Shown: positions 26,247 through 38,937 of the stretch, piece after piece
Layout of the letters: each line of letters starts with the position of its first letter
How positions within the stretch are numbered: position 1 is the first letter of the stretch
Source of the DNA: Zancudomyces culisetae HAW-14-8
Taxonomy: Eukaryota > Fungi > Kickxellomycota
Reading direction: 5' to 3'
DNA length: 64,000 bases
Assembly (NCBI GenBank): GCA_052426225.1
Contig: JBNJNM010000012.1
Coordinates: 1,984,001-2,048,000, forward strand
Translations under genes and position numbers: made by a program
Notes under the pieces: generated by a model
What the model was told of the DNA's origin: nothing
Databases searched by the model: none
The model's input: the letters and a program-made list of their open reading frames with translations, nothing else

Positions 26247-27421
26247 TTTATCTTTTTGGTTGATCGCACTGGACAAATCTAAAATATTTTTGATTTTATT
26301 TCGCTTCCTGATACCAACTAGTTTTTTATGTGTATATTAAGCTGATGTTTAAAACTTTTTTTTTCCAGAAAATATGTAAAAACCATTGCATAGCCTTTAA
26401 AGCAACCCATTTTTATTATTTGGAACAGCATGGGCCAATAATATTAGCATTTCGCCATTACTCGACCAAATACAGCCACATCATTTGCTCAATTGGCCTT
26501 AAAAAAAATATACTGCTCATCCCCAGCTTGAGAAATGTAGTGGAAAAAATTTTTTTTTTTCAATTGATGGTTGTAGAGGTTTGGGGGGGTTTCTTCAAAG
26601 CGTGGAAACCACGTCTTAACAAGTATTGCAGAATTAATGATATTGTCGCTTTTCTCTACCACTACAACTATCACTACTTTTCCAGTTTTTGTAGACAGAA
26701 AGTAGGAATAGCATCCAGGTTTATATACACTCAAGTGCACTTTTTTATTTATTTTGATTGTACCAACACATTTACTATGAAATACCTACAAGTTCGGATG
26801 TTGATACATTAGAAATCGTCAATCAAATGCATCAGATACACATCCTTCAATACACATCCTTGCTGCTGATATCTTTCCAATCAAACCAAATCTGTAAAAT
26901 GAATCATTAGAAACACGTCCTTTATTAGATATCATTCATAAGGAAATATTGTACCTCAAACAGGCGAGTATTCGCCTATTGAGTTTATTTTTGACATAAT
27001 ATAGCCATATTCACTCACTCTCAACACTTCTTAGCCATAAGCCTTCATTATCAATATCATTATCACGGGTATATTGACAAACATAGAAACAAACAGAGGC
27101 GTATATTTATTCTGAAACCAGTAGATTCTTATCTATCAGTATATCCTTGAGTCTCTTGGTCAAACGGTGTTTTTGTCTTGGACACAATTGGATGTTTAGA
27201 TGAACCAAAAACTAATTAATACCTAGATGATTCTCGGGTAATATAAAAAGAAGGAATTGGCATATGTCGACACATGTTACGTGGTAAAAGATAATTTTAA
27301 GATGTCTGGTTCATTTCTTAATAGATCTAATTTGGATCCTGTTTCGGAAATTGTATCGAAAGGGGCATTCACACCCCAATAATTCTCGTATCATTTCTTT
27401 TGGGGACTCCGAACTGTCGTT

Positions 27422-27677
27422 TTATCTGATATCATTTGACATCGACGTTATCAGATGCACCCGAATATATTTTTTGGACCATTATGGTGATAAACCTGTC
27501 AATTAATATTGTAAACACGTTATTCGCAGCAATTCTGCATATCTGATATAGTACTTGTTATTATACTTTCAAACGTGGTATTTTAATCAGATAAGCTATT
27601 AACAACCCTACTTTCTACTACTTTCACATAAGGTAGAAACAAGTATGTATTAAAAGTTTTTAAAAAAAGTATATAAA
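27422..27677 (+). promoter_or_regulatory. Cluster of ATCWGATAA (SreA/Fep1-type GATA) sites plus TATA box upstream of the secreted protein at 27777
   Basis: TTATCTGAT 27422-27430, TTATCAGAT 27448-27456, ATCAGATAA 27586-27594, near-match ATCTGATAT 27541-27549; TATATAAA 27670-27677. Confidence 0.65.
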
Positions 27678-27776
27678 CTGTTCCGTTTTCAAAGGTTTTT
27701 CTTTTTTTTGATCTACAGATAAACCTAACAAAGAAATAAAAACTGGTTTAAAAAAGCGTTCGGAAAGCACAGAAAA

Positions 27777-28463
27777 ATGAAAGCAAAGACTCTAATCTAC
27801 TTGGTACTGACACAGGCATTATCTGGTGCCTATTCCGCAAGTGTGAATGTCAATGGAGTTGAACCAGAACTTAACAAAACTATGTGGAAACTCCAAAATT
27901 CCAATTTTTTGGCAAAAAGGACACAGACTTCTGTAGGTGATGCCAATGGATATGCAAGTGGCAACGATTCTGGTGCCACTAATACTCCGACCAAAACTTT
28001 AAGCAGTACCAAGGAGATATTTGACGTTATTGGGCAGCTATACGGTGCAAAGGAGAAAAAAAGATTGCATGAAGCTTCGCTATTTAAACTCATCCACTCA
28101 AATGATGCGAATCAAGATACTCAGCAGAAAACTGAAAAGGAGAACCGCTTGAAGGATGAAATAAGAAGGGAGGATGACAGGATAGCCGAATATCAACAGA
28201 AGTTTGCTGGGATGTACAGCATACCAAATGCTGAACCAGGAACCCTGACTGAGCTTCTAAGACTCAAATCCTTGAACGATGTTTTGAATGATCTTTCACA
28301 AATTAGCACATATCTGAACGAGGAGTTGGAATTGGAATGTGGCTGTAATTCGAAAACCAGACAGAAGGCGTTTGTTGAACCCATCGAAAAGAACTTGGAG
28401 ATGACACACCGGGTAAAATCCAAAGTTCTACCAGCACTCAAAGCAAAGTTGAGAATAGCTTAG
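27777..28463 (+). CDS. Orphan secreted alpha-helical protein (paralog A, 228 aa)
   Basis: Signal peptide (..ALSGAYS/A), KR at residues 47-48, C-terminal 'YLNEELELECGC'; intronless; similar to the next gene. Confidence 0.8.
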   Translation: MKAKTLIYLVLTQALSGAYSASVNVNGVEPELNKTMWKLQNSNFLAKRTQTSVGDANGYASGNDSGATNTPTKTLSSTKEIFDVIGQLYGAKEKKRLHEASLFKLIHSNDANQDTQQKTEKENRLKDEIRREDDRIAEYQQKFAGMYSIPNAEPGTLTELLRLKSLNDVLNDLSQISTYLNEELELECGCNSKTRQKAFVEPIEKNLEMTHRVKSKVLPALKAKLRIA

Positions 28464-29142
28464 TTTATTGATACTTCACTTTTTTTTCTCGTTGAAATGT
28501 CGTTGGTTATAGCAAGGGTTTGGATAGTTGGATAACAAAATAAACCTCGCAATAGTGAATGTCATTTTTGGCTGCGTTATAAATTCAAGACTATTGTTTT
28601 TTAGGCGAGGTGTGAGAAAAGAAATAGAGGGGGAAGTGGGCGGGTGGGTTCTTCATTAGTTTGAATTAAACAAAAACCCAGTTTTTATTTAAACCTGGTC
28701 ACTTTTTCACAACTACTGCCGCTCGCTTATATTAAATATGCTAGTTCCGCCTAGATGGCTCAGTTCTTCACTCTACAAACTCGTATTACTGGTTTCAATA
28801 ACCAGTTTTTGATAGAATGGTTTACCAAACCACCAAAATGGAAACAGTGTTAAATATATTCCTTGACTAACTGAAAGCGTGAGTTGGTGTTTCCCAATTT
28901 GTAAAAATTAATAAACATTCTGGTTTACCTGCTTGTTTCATGGTACTGCAAGGTGGTTTTAACAGAAGTAAAAATAATAATTTTATATAAACACCTTGGT
29001 AATGGTACACATATATATATTCCCCAGTAGCTTCCCTTTTTTTAAAAAAATAGATATCACAAATTGCTTTGTATTCTTCAGAAAACATCATTCAAAAATC
29101 CAAAAACCCAAAAATCCAAAAATAAAGAAGTATTAAAATATC

Positions 29143-29844
29143 ATGCTAAAAGATTGTGTAATTGTGTGTGCTTTTTTGAGCTTGTTTGTGCAAGGACAAG
29201 AGTATAGCGAAGACACTATAAGTGATATTGAATATCATTTTGCAAACGTAGTTTATAGTACAGAGTATTTATACACACCTACCGATAATAGCCCAACAAT
29301 CTACCCTGAAGATGAAAACCGTGGTAATGATAGAGTAGAGCTCAGAAAAAGAAATAATCAAACCATTGACATACAAACGCCACGCGATGTCTACTTGAAA
29401 ATCAAAGGGAATGGATTGCTTCAAGACGTCCTATTAAGAAAGTATAGCGAGCTGTATATTTTAAGAAATAGAAAGAGCCAACAAGCAGATAATATGGACA
29501 CTGATCGAATCAATGATTTGAGTGAAGATTTTGAATCATTGAAGCAAGAATACAATGACGTATACAATAGAATTCATAAAAATCCGTTGTGGAAAGGAAA
29601 TAATACAGAATTAATTGATTCTTTCACGAGGTACTTGAGATTACATAGCCTAATTGACAGCTTGAAGAACATAAAACTATATCTGGCTGACGAACTTGGT
29701 GTTGAGTGTGAGTGCGAGCTCGATGGTAGGAGAGATAAAATGTTGAAATATATTAATTCTAACTTGGATATGGCGCAGGAAACTGAAAAAAAATTTACTC
29801 CAGCGATTTTGGAGCTCATCAAAGAGACAGAGAGATCAGCTTGA
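29143..29844 (+). CDS. Orphan secreted alpha-helical protein (paralog B, 233 aa)
   Basis: Signal peptide (..LSLFVQG/Q), RKR at residues 68-70, 'YLADELGVECEC'; TATATAAA at 28984-28991. Confidence 0.8.
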   Translation: MLKDCVIVCAFLSLFVQGQEYSEDTISDIEYHFANVVYSTEYLYTPTDNSPTIYPEDENRGNDRVELRKRNNQTIDIQTPRDVYLKIKGNGLLQDVLLRKYSELYILRNRKSQQADNMDTDRINDLSEDFESLKQEYNDVYNRIHKNPLWKGNNTELIDSFTRYLRLHSLIDSLKNIKLYLADELGVECECELDGRRDKMLKYINSNLDMAQETEKKFTPAILELIKETERSA

Positions 29845-30477
29845 AGTATAGCGTATTACTATAGGCTGCGATTTCCAGTTTTGGAACTTAGTATAGGATT
29901 TAATTGGTTTCATTACTAGCATTATTATTCTTAAAAGTGAAAAACTTATATTGAGGCCATGATATTGTCCGTTTTGTTTAAATGTTGAGATACCCTAGTT
30001 AATCTGCAAATACCATTTTTTTATTCCCAGGGGCGTGTATTGAGTACATATATAGATTGTTTGCGGCAGGGGAGATTAGTGAAAAAAGTATGTAATACGT
30101 TTGATCGTCCTTGTACTATATACCGCCTTGATGTAGCTACTTTAATCTCATGTCTTTGTTTTCCTGTTTTAAACATTGTGGATACTTTTCGCAGTTTTCC
30201 AGAAACCCAGAGGCTGATTTCGCAATTTGTTACACATAACCACGCGTATTTCAAAGCCTAATCCAAAGGCCTCGATATTATTGGGCAGTGGAAAATTGAG
30301 TTAGATTTGAAAACAATTAAAACAATTAAAACAATTAAAACAATTATAAATGTGGAAGATAAAAAGGTATCAAACAAATTGCAACAAATGTATACACCCA
30401 GACATTCATTTTTTACCTATTGCATCAGAATATTAAGAAATTCTACGCACAAACCTATAAACAATTAAGCAAGTCAA

Positions 30478-33400
30478 ATGGACGACTTGAACATAAACCT
30501 CTTGAAATGGGATAACAGGGTCCCATTGATGGAATTTACGGCAGCAAAAATAGTTGGTACGAAAAACTGGCTGGCTGTGGGCTACCTGACTGGAATAATA
30601 GCTATATTCTTTATCGATTCGGGGGACAACTCGGGAAAAAACAATTTTCAAAAAGTAAGCTTGTATATGTACTTGTTTCATAGTTACTGGACGTGTTGCG
30701 CACATCAAAATTTATAGCAATCTTCTGTGGAAAACAAAAATAGGAGCACAAAATAAAACCAGTATTACTATTATCTGGCCATAAAGCGGCAATTGCTGGG
30801 CTATTTGTCATCCCAAGCACAAAAGCAAAAAACGAAAAAGAGAAAGAAAAGGGGGGTGAGAGACTATTGAGTATAAGCGAGGCAGGGTAGGTGTACTTTT
30901 TATTAGCGATGGTTTCTCTATGTTTTGTACCTTGAAGAACACGACCACGCAATAGGCTTTTGGGTAAAGAAAACAAACCTTCAATTGGTACAAATTAACA
31001 CAAATTCTAATTTATAACGCTATTTGGTAGAGACATATCGGTATGGGACGTGGAGAACGGACAAAACATACATAGGAGTGAAACTATCGATAAATTTGAA
31101 GTACTTTCGACTTGTATTTCCATCAAAAGTGTAAGTATTTGATATATACCACAGTTGTTTATTCTGCTTTACTGCGTGCTCGTTTATCCAGAATGCACAA
31201 TACTAACTATATTGTAAAAAACATTAGGGAGGGGGCGAGAATTCGGGACTGTTGTTTGTTATTGGAAAAAGTAGAATTTTAATTTATCGAATACGAGGCT
31301 TAGAGCTGTTGTATACTTGGAAAATCCAAGGAGACAGGATAAGGACGCTCTGCGTGGATATTTATAGCACAAACACAGAGAGAATATTTACTTTTACGAG
31401 GAAAGGATGGATAAAAATATACGAATTTGATAGAAACTTATTGCTCAGATTGGGGAAAATACAGGAAAAACAACAATCTCTGGGAGGTTCTAAAAAAACG
31501 GAGGAAAAGGGCAGTCCGAAACATGATACTATAGGAATTCAAGAAGAAATCATAAAATATCACAGTGGGTATTTTACTGGAGAGCAGGGGGAGTATGGAG
31601 AGCAAATACTCTTTAATTTATATAAAGCGGACGAATTTGTATTGTTATCGTTAAATCATGTAAAAGTAAGTGCATTTAAGCCGGTGAATAGTGTTTAATA
31701 TCTCCTTATTCGTCTAGAACACATGGAGCCAATCAAAAATATTTATAAAAATAGCTATTTGAGATTTCCGGAGAGACAATGAGTGAGAAAATGCGGTGGG
31801 CAGTTAAGAGTTGCGATAACGCGAAGTTTGTGGGCGTTCATTTTTTGGCTGAGCATAGCATGATACTATGGAACTCAAACGGTACTCACACACTAGTAAG
31901 CACAGAGAAGAATGACATGCAATCAGATATTGGAACACTATCACTCCATGGTGTTGGTGGCATTTCGGGTGCTTTGGTATGCTGTTTCAAGAATAGTACT
32001 ATCGATTACGACAAAAACCTCAAGAAAATCACATCGAGAGAGGATGCTGATAATGGAGGTATAGGTACGAGAATTTCGGAAAATGAGGGGGTTCGCAATG
32101 AACAAAAAGTAAGGCAGTTAGATCCCAGTATCAGAGCTTGTGAAAGTCTTGCAAACATGACTTTTGGCGAGAGTGTAGTGAAGGGGGACGGATGGAATAG
32201 CGGATGCTGGAAATATTTTACCAAAGATAAAGACGTTCAAATTGAGTATATTGTTACCAAAAAGGGTAAAGCCGAGCAAATTACTTTTGAAAAGGTGGCG
32301 GTATATTCGGCAAAAAGTGACTGGGATGTAAACATGGAGGCCATTGGGCCAACAAAGAACGTTACTGCTAAAGTTATCAATGATGTCTATGCCCTAACGG
32401 GATACGAATGTGGTGATATTTTAGTTTCAAAAATCAACGATGCTTTTGATATGGAAAGCGGTAGAGGTGAGGAGAATGAGAAAAGCACAATCTGTTTGCG
32501 AGGAAATGGGTTTGCAATTACAGGGTTGAACATCTGGTGCGGTAGAAAAAGAGACAAAGTCAGCAAGAGTCATGTCAAGAATAAAGAGAACGAAATGGCT
32601 GGTGGTGAGTATGTCTTTTCAGGGAGCAAGGACTGTATAATTAGGATTTGGGCGTTGGGTACTGCCGAATGCTTGGTGGAAATAAGCGCTCTTACATCGC
32701 CAGTGGTAGGATTCAGATTTTTTGAAGCGGAGACTGAACATGGTTTCAAAAAAATTAAGGAATTGGTAGTGTGTATCGGAAAAGATAATTCGGTGGCTGT
32801 AATATCTCTTATGTTACTCAGAGCACTGTACATTATACCGCCTCTTTATTACCCGGTGAGTAGTGCAACACTTTCAAGTGAGAAAAAGGAACTTAAAATA
32901 GTGTGTAGTGATGACTCTGAATTGGTTATTGAGCTCGACCAGGAGTACATGCCGCTTCTTAACGAAATAGTATTGGGTGAGGACACAGCTCCTGATGATT
33001 TTGAATATTCGCGGTTTGGAAACCCTGAAAAGCCTGTATTTAGACTGCATGCACATACTATGGCTTTCCCATCCGCTTTTTTTTGCAATTTATCCAAAAA
33101 TCGAATGTTTGAATGTCTTGAGGTGAATGCAGAAAATTTGTTGCTAACATTAAAGGAAAAGACTGAAACTAAATCAGCACATTCCCAAGTTATGGCTGAA
33201 AAAGTGCTCTCAAGACTGTTATGCTGGGGAGCAAATATAGAAATCGATAAGGCACTGACGTCTAAATCTAAATTGCTCACACACGACAGTGCGTTTGGAT
33301 ATACATACAGCCTGAGTTCGAATGGTGCTCATGTGATTTTTATCCCAACTTTGGAGCGAAATTTAGAAAATTGGAAAATATCCTCAGTGCTAAACACAAA

Positions 33401-35699
33401 AAGGATACTGCTAATTCTAGTTTTGGTAAATTTAACATTTGCGGGTAATGCGGATATGGTTGTCAAAATAACAAAGCTATATACACATGAGATTTTCAAA
33501 CATGGCATCAAAAAGCCAGACCCAATATACCTAATCAAGTTAAGAAAACTCAGAAACAGTACTTTAATTCGGAAAGTAGCCAACAGCTTGCTGAAAAGTA
33601 CTATATACATTCTCAACCCAAGCGAAAGGAAGAATCTTGCTAGCAACTGGATCAAAGTTTTGGAAGTATATACAGCATCAATAATGCACTCCGGGGCGCT
33701 AAACAGATTATTGGACCATGTACCTAAGAAAGTCTCGCAGCAAATCGAGAACCCAGTAGATTTAGATCTGGAAAAGCTGGATATTGCCCTGCTGATACTA
33801 TCACACGTAGTTGATTTTCAAAAAGATACAAACACAATGTCGAACTTGGCTTGTGCAATGCAGGCAATTATCAACACCAATTTTGCACCGTGGGCCATAC
33901 TGTTGGACGACAACAAGAATAGTAAAAGCAAGTGCGAGTTATTGGAGACTATTTCTCTAGCTATAGAGTTGCTAGTATTCAAGAACTACTTGTATTTCAG
34001 ACCGTATATTGGCTCCAGAAACGTAGTTGTTGGTTTGCTTCAAATTTTGTACGCATGTAACTTCAAGCTGTATGTACTAAACGAATTGGCAAAAAACAAA
34101 CCCAGCGACATCAAAAGCATAAGCAGGAATGGCAAGTTGGACACCAATGTGACTAGTGGTGAGATTGACAACAAACGAGATGGCAGCCATGCACTTTTAA
34201 TGAGACACATTAAAAATATTGTGTACTTTGCAAAGTCCTCGCTAATAGTGATGTTAAAGCATGATTCCCAGCTAGTGATCAACACGATTTGTGAGTTTTT
34301 GCGTGGCGGTATGGATTACCAGGAAGCAACATTTTTAGTACATCTGATAATGCATCTGATATCAAAATCACCACAGCTATTGTATCCATACTTGGACAGT
34401 ATAATATCCTCAATGATAAAGTCCTTGAATTCAGAGGCACGAATCAACTTGGTTCAAGATAGCCTGTTCAACAGTGAAGTACAGAAACGTTATAGTGATA
34501 TTGTTGTCGTAGATTTTTCATTTATATCAAATTCTCGATTCAACTTTGATGGGATTGGCCAGAAACCGAGTAGTACCAGTAAAAAAGATGTCGAGACTAA
34601 TACCAACGACACTAAACCAAACCCTTCTGCTGAAAAGAAGCAAATCGAAACCAGCAACTCGACACAACCCAAGACATCCGCAAAGAGTGTGTTGCTGTTA
34701 TCAATAAAATCTGCGATCAACCGGATGGCGAGTATATTCAAATCGGTATCAACAGGATTTGCAGAGGACAGTTTTATTAGTTGTGTAGCTTTCGGTAATA
34801 ATAAGGGCTCAGTGAAAGTGTGTGATTTGGAGGGACTCACCAAGACATTTATTTTTGATACTAAAACCGAATCACTCGTTGTGTCAACCTGTTTGTCCAA
34901 AAACTGCAAGTACGTGGCGTTTTTTGCAATCTACGGGTTTAGTTTTTCGAAAAATGCTGATATTCAAAGCAATGAGTACCACGGCCTGCTAAATATTTTC
35001 AAAATAGGCAAAAAAAACTTGTCGATTCTCAACAATTTTTCTTCACTCTTCGCCAGTGGTACTGGCAGTAAAAATAGCAGCATCAATGCCGCAACGCTGA
35101 ATTACCATATCAATCTTGCCAACAAGAATCTCGGAAGGGCAGTGTGTCACGACACCAGCAAATCTGCCTCAACACCGACATCAGCCGCACATACTCCTGC
35201 TCTTTCTCAGACTCCGATTTCACGATCACCATCGCAGACACCTATGGGTACATTCGTTAACAGTGCTTATGAACGATCCTCCTCGTCATCAGTTCAAAGT
35301 CAGCATAGCCGCAGCAGCGTTATACTGATGAAACAAACGAACAACAACAATATCAACAGCATTAGTAGTGTTCATCCACTTTCTGGAAGCGGGCAGAATA
35401 ATGGTAGTAACGGCAATAGCATGGGTGTTAACCAGAATAAATATGTCGAATTCGTGCGTAAACCAGCACTGTTGTCAGATGCCGCGTCTCCTGGAAGCAA
35501 AGGTGTGGATAGTATGTCGGATGATTCAGGCGGCAAGTCAACGGTGCTGATCTCGAGCCCCATCAAATCTATGGTTGTTCCAAGCCAGTTTATAGTTTTT
35601 GAACATTCATGTGTCTACAATTTTGCGGACTTGGCGTGGATTGACGATAGATCTATCTGCTTAACCATTAACAACGCAAAATTTACCTGTTCGTTTTAG
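30478..35699 (+). CDS. WDR7/Rabconnectin-3beta-like WD40 protein, multi-exon
   Basis: N-terminal 'LAVGYLTGIIAIF' and 'PVLLLSGHKAAI', 'SGSKDCIIRIW', 'CIGKDNSVAVISL', helical middle, C-terminal WD repeats ending 'LAWIDDRSICL'. Confidence 0.7.
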
Positions 35700-36365
35700 C
35701 TAGATGGTGTGTTTGCTGAGCAGAATTCTACAGTTCGAGGTTTTGTGGTTTAGTCTTTAGTTTGAGTAGAAACGTTTGGTTAATTTACATTGTCCCTTTT
35801 ATAACACGTATTACTGCTATGTGTCTTCGGCTATAAATAAGATATATCAGTCTCAATCTCCATGCTAGACTAGTGGGTTAGTGATCTGATCTTCTGACTA
35901 ACATTTCCTTGCTTGTTAGCTTTTTTTATTTAGGAATATTGGAAAAATCGAAAACAAAACAAGCCAATCAGATAAATTCAGTAGGAAATAAACCAGTTGG
36001 AACGCAATGCACAAAACGAAATAAAAAACGAAAAAAACAAAAAATCAGAATCGGTGTTATTGGGTATGGACCATTTGCTTGGATTCCTGCATGTTTTGTA
36101 AGTTTTACGAGCTTTCAAGTTTCTGGAAATTTTTTTTTTGCTAAATTGAAAAGCTTGCCAATAGAGGGACGAGAAAATCGAAAAATAAAGAAAAATAGAA
36201 CGAATTGGCGAATTGGCGAATTGGCGAATTTATGGGCAGATACACCAAATTAATAAAAGGAGTTCAACAAACTTGGTTTTCCAAGCTTTTGATTTTTGAA
36301 TTTAAATCTCAGATATACACTTATTAACTCTTCAAGAGTAAATTAGAAAGGACGGATCATACAAA

Positions 36366-36948
36366 ATGTTCAGAACAGTTTCAGCAAAAACACTAAAGGT
36401 AAACGTTGTTTCTTAAAGTTTAATATTATTGCCAGAGATTCATTTCAGAGACAGATTTATTTTTTTCCAGCTATTGTAGATATTTGAGTAGACACAAAAT
36501 CGTAATTTACATTGAAATTAGAATTAAAATATGTAAAAAATTAAAACACGCACATTAGAGTGTCTCGACAATGGCATCCAGACGCAGCTACAGCATCAAC
36601 AAGGTAATCTTGGTTGGAAGAGTTGGAAATGAGCCAGAGGTAAAAGAAATTGGTGAAGGAAAAAAGGCAGTGAATCTTTCACTGGCAACCGGTTACAAGT
36701 ACAAGAATGCATCAGGGGATCTGTTGGAAAAAACCAACTGGCACCGCGTCAATGCGTACAACATGCTGGCTGAGCGTATAGAAAAATCAGTGTCGAAGGG
36801 CGCACTTTTGTATGTTGAGGGAAGAATCGACTACCAGACATATGAGAAGGAGGGAGTCGAACACAACTCTACCGTTATATATGCTGATAAGATGACGGTT
36901 TTGCAAAACCCAAAGAAACCTGAAGATGGTACCCAAGAACATGAATAA
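36366..36948 (+). CDS. RIM1: Mitochondrial single-stranded DNA-binding protein; exons 36366-36398, 36559-36948
   Basis: 'INKVILVGRVG', 'TNWHRV', 'KGALLYVEGRI'; short first exon supplies a mitochondrial-type presequence MFRTVSAKTLK. Confidence 0.93.
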
Positions 36949-37554
36949 CTTGTGTGTTGGACAAAGAGGGAAATCGTAGCGTAGAAATTTTGCTAAATTT
37001 TCTGTTTACTGTAGCTTTAAGTTTTATGTTGTTTTTACTTATTTGTTTCGGGGTTTGCTGCTTAATGTATGTGCTGAACTAAAGATAAATGTTAATAGTA
37101 TAAGAATATTGATGTTAGAGCAAAACATAATATCAAAAGAGTGTTGTTATTTGTTTTGCCATTAGCTCCCAAGTTTTTTTTAGAATCAAGAAGGGATAGT
37201 TTCATGGATGTAGAGGCAAGAGCGTAATGGTATTCAAACTATTATGAGTGCTTGCGTTTAAAACTGAGCTTGCGCTTACTTCCGCTATAGTTTGGTTACG
37301 GAGAAACATTCCAACTATTTAGAGACCATCAGTGTGTTTTTGATATTTCTACATTAAAATTCTTGGCATTCGCTTAATCAAACGGAAAAAAAAGGAAAGG
37401 AAAAACAAATAAAATAAAAAAATAAAATAAAAGAAAGCTCTGATAACTTTATGATGGATTTGAGAAATCTAGATCTCGCGTATGCAGCACAATTAGAATT
37501 ACAACAAAGCTTGTGAGGGGGAGGGGGGGTGGGGGTATATTCTAAATTGGATAT

Positions 37555-38757
37555 TTAATAGCATCCACTACCGTGTGCGTAATAATCATCTTCACTATCT
37601 GGTTCAGTATCCGAGGTATAGATATCAACATCTGTTGAGCTGGTATCATCGAACCTTTCTTCCTCTGGATTTTCCGACATCTTCTTTAGGAATCCAGGAT
37701 CCGCAGTAGTGTTATCCTTTGGTTCTTTGGCATTTTGCTTACTTTGTGTAGATCCACGCCTAGTTTTTCTTGGTCTGACGTTCGGTTCAACTCCTGTAGG
37801 AATACTATTTGAATTAATGGTGTTTAGTGTGTTTCCTGTCTCCTCTTGGTTACCTGTGAATGCCGACACATCGTGTCTTCCTTCAAGTTTGAGATTTGGC
37901 ATCACTCTATGACGGAATCGACGTAAAGGCCTGGACGGAAATCTATGTCTCTGCTGACCAAGTGTGTCAGAACCCACCTGCTGTATCATCTGATTAATAT
38001 TGCCACTATTCTCTTGATTTTGAGTTTCATTTGCGTGTGTGGAAAAACTACTTTGTCCTTGTTGCAATTCTGAGTTTGTACTATTTTCTGTAGCTGAAAA
38101 TCTACCTTCTTGAAGTGTTTTGCTGTCTTTGCTGTGTGCATTGTGTGCGTTGTGTGCGTTGGAGATAGGATCTACTAAAGAGTTTTCGAAGTTCCTTGGT
38201 TGTGGGAGGAGTACATTTTCAGTAGTTGTAGATCTATGGTGTGGGATAATACCACCAAGCGATGTACCCTGTAAATCGGTACTTCTTGAGATGATAGGTC
38301 TTTGCGAATTTCTAGCAATTTCATTCCTTACACTAGCTAGGTACAGGACGCATTCATCGTATGTCGTCACTCTACTTGTAAGACGCCTGGTGCTTCTTCG
38401 AGTTGATGTCCCAGTTCTTTGAATTCTTTCTCTCCAAAACTGGGTAATACGGGCAGACGTTAAATTTCGAGAATCAAAAATTCTTGAACTAAACCTCCTG
38501 CGATACCCAAGGGACACGTTATTGCCGTGAAATGGCTCGTGGCTGAACCACTCGATGGGTTCTCGTTCGGCTACATTGGGAATGGTTTCGTTATTCTCTG
38601 TAGTCTGTGCGACAGACGTGGTATCAGCAGCAGGAGTAGTAGTATCAGGCATAGTATTAGTATCAGAAGCAGATGATGGAGGTGGAGTTTCTTCGCCATC
38701 AGTTCTGGATGTAGATTGGCCAACGTGCTCGTTACTCATTGTGAACTCAAATTCCAT
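37555..38757 (-). CDS. Hypothetical, largely disordered protein (400 aa)
   Basis: Long intronless ORF rich in T/S/R/Q with an acidic tail; no recognisable domain. Confidence 0.65.
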   Translation of the reverse strand: MEFEFTMSNEHVGQSTSRTDGEETPPPSSASDTNTMPDTTTPAADTTSVAQTTENNETIPNVAEREPIEWFSHEPFHGNNVSLGYRRRFSSRIFDSRNLTSARITQFWRERIQRTGTSTRRSTRRLTSRVTTYDECVLYLASVRNEIARNSQRPIISRSTDLQGTSLGGIIPHHRSTTTENVLLPQPRNFENSLVDPISNAHNAHNAHSKDSKTLQEGRFSATENSTNSELQQGQSSFSTHANETQNQENSGNINQMIQQVGSDTLGQQRHRFPSRPLRRFRHRVMPNLKLEGRHDVSAFTGNQEETGNTLNTINSNSIPTGVEPNVRPRKTRRGSTQSKQNAKEPKDNTTADPGFLKKMSENPEEERFDDTSSTDVDIYTSDTEPDSEDDYYAHGSGCY

Positions 38758-38937
38758 TCTCTTTTTATATTTTTAATCCTTGTTAACTCGAAATTTGTAT
38801 CTGGAAACAAGAATCGACCTGACAGCAGATTGATTTGACTAGTGTATTCTTAAATATCCCTTTTCTGGTTAAATGTTAGTTATACTATCTCCCTATACCA
38901 CAGGCTTATGCTTGGTAAATGGATTGATTGCATTGAT

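Noticed and set aside
27310-27400. Minus-strand 'ELLGCEC' peptide resembling the CxC motif of the secreted pair
   Set aside because: Short ORF flanked by stops with no further similarity; probably chance
36571-36948. Bacterial-like SSB as a horizontal transfer
   Set aside because: Has an intron and a mitochondrial presequence; ordinary RIM1
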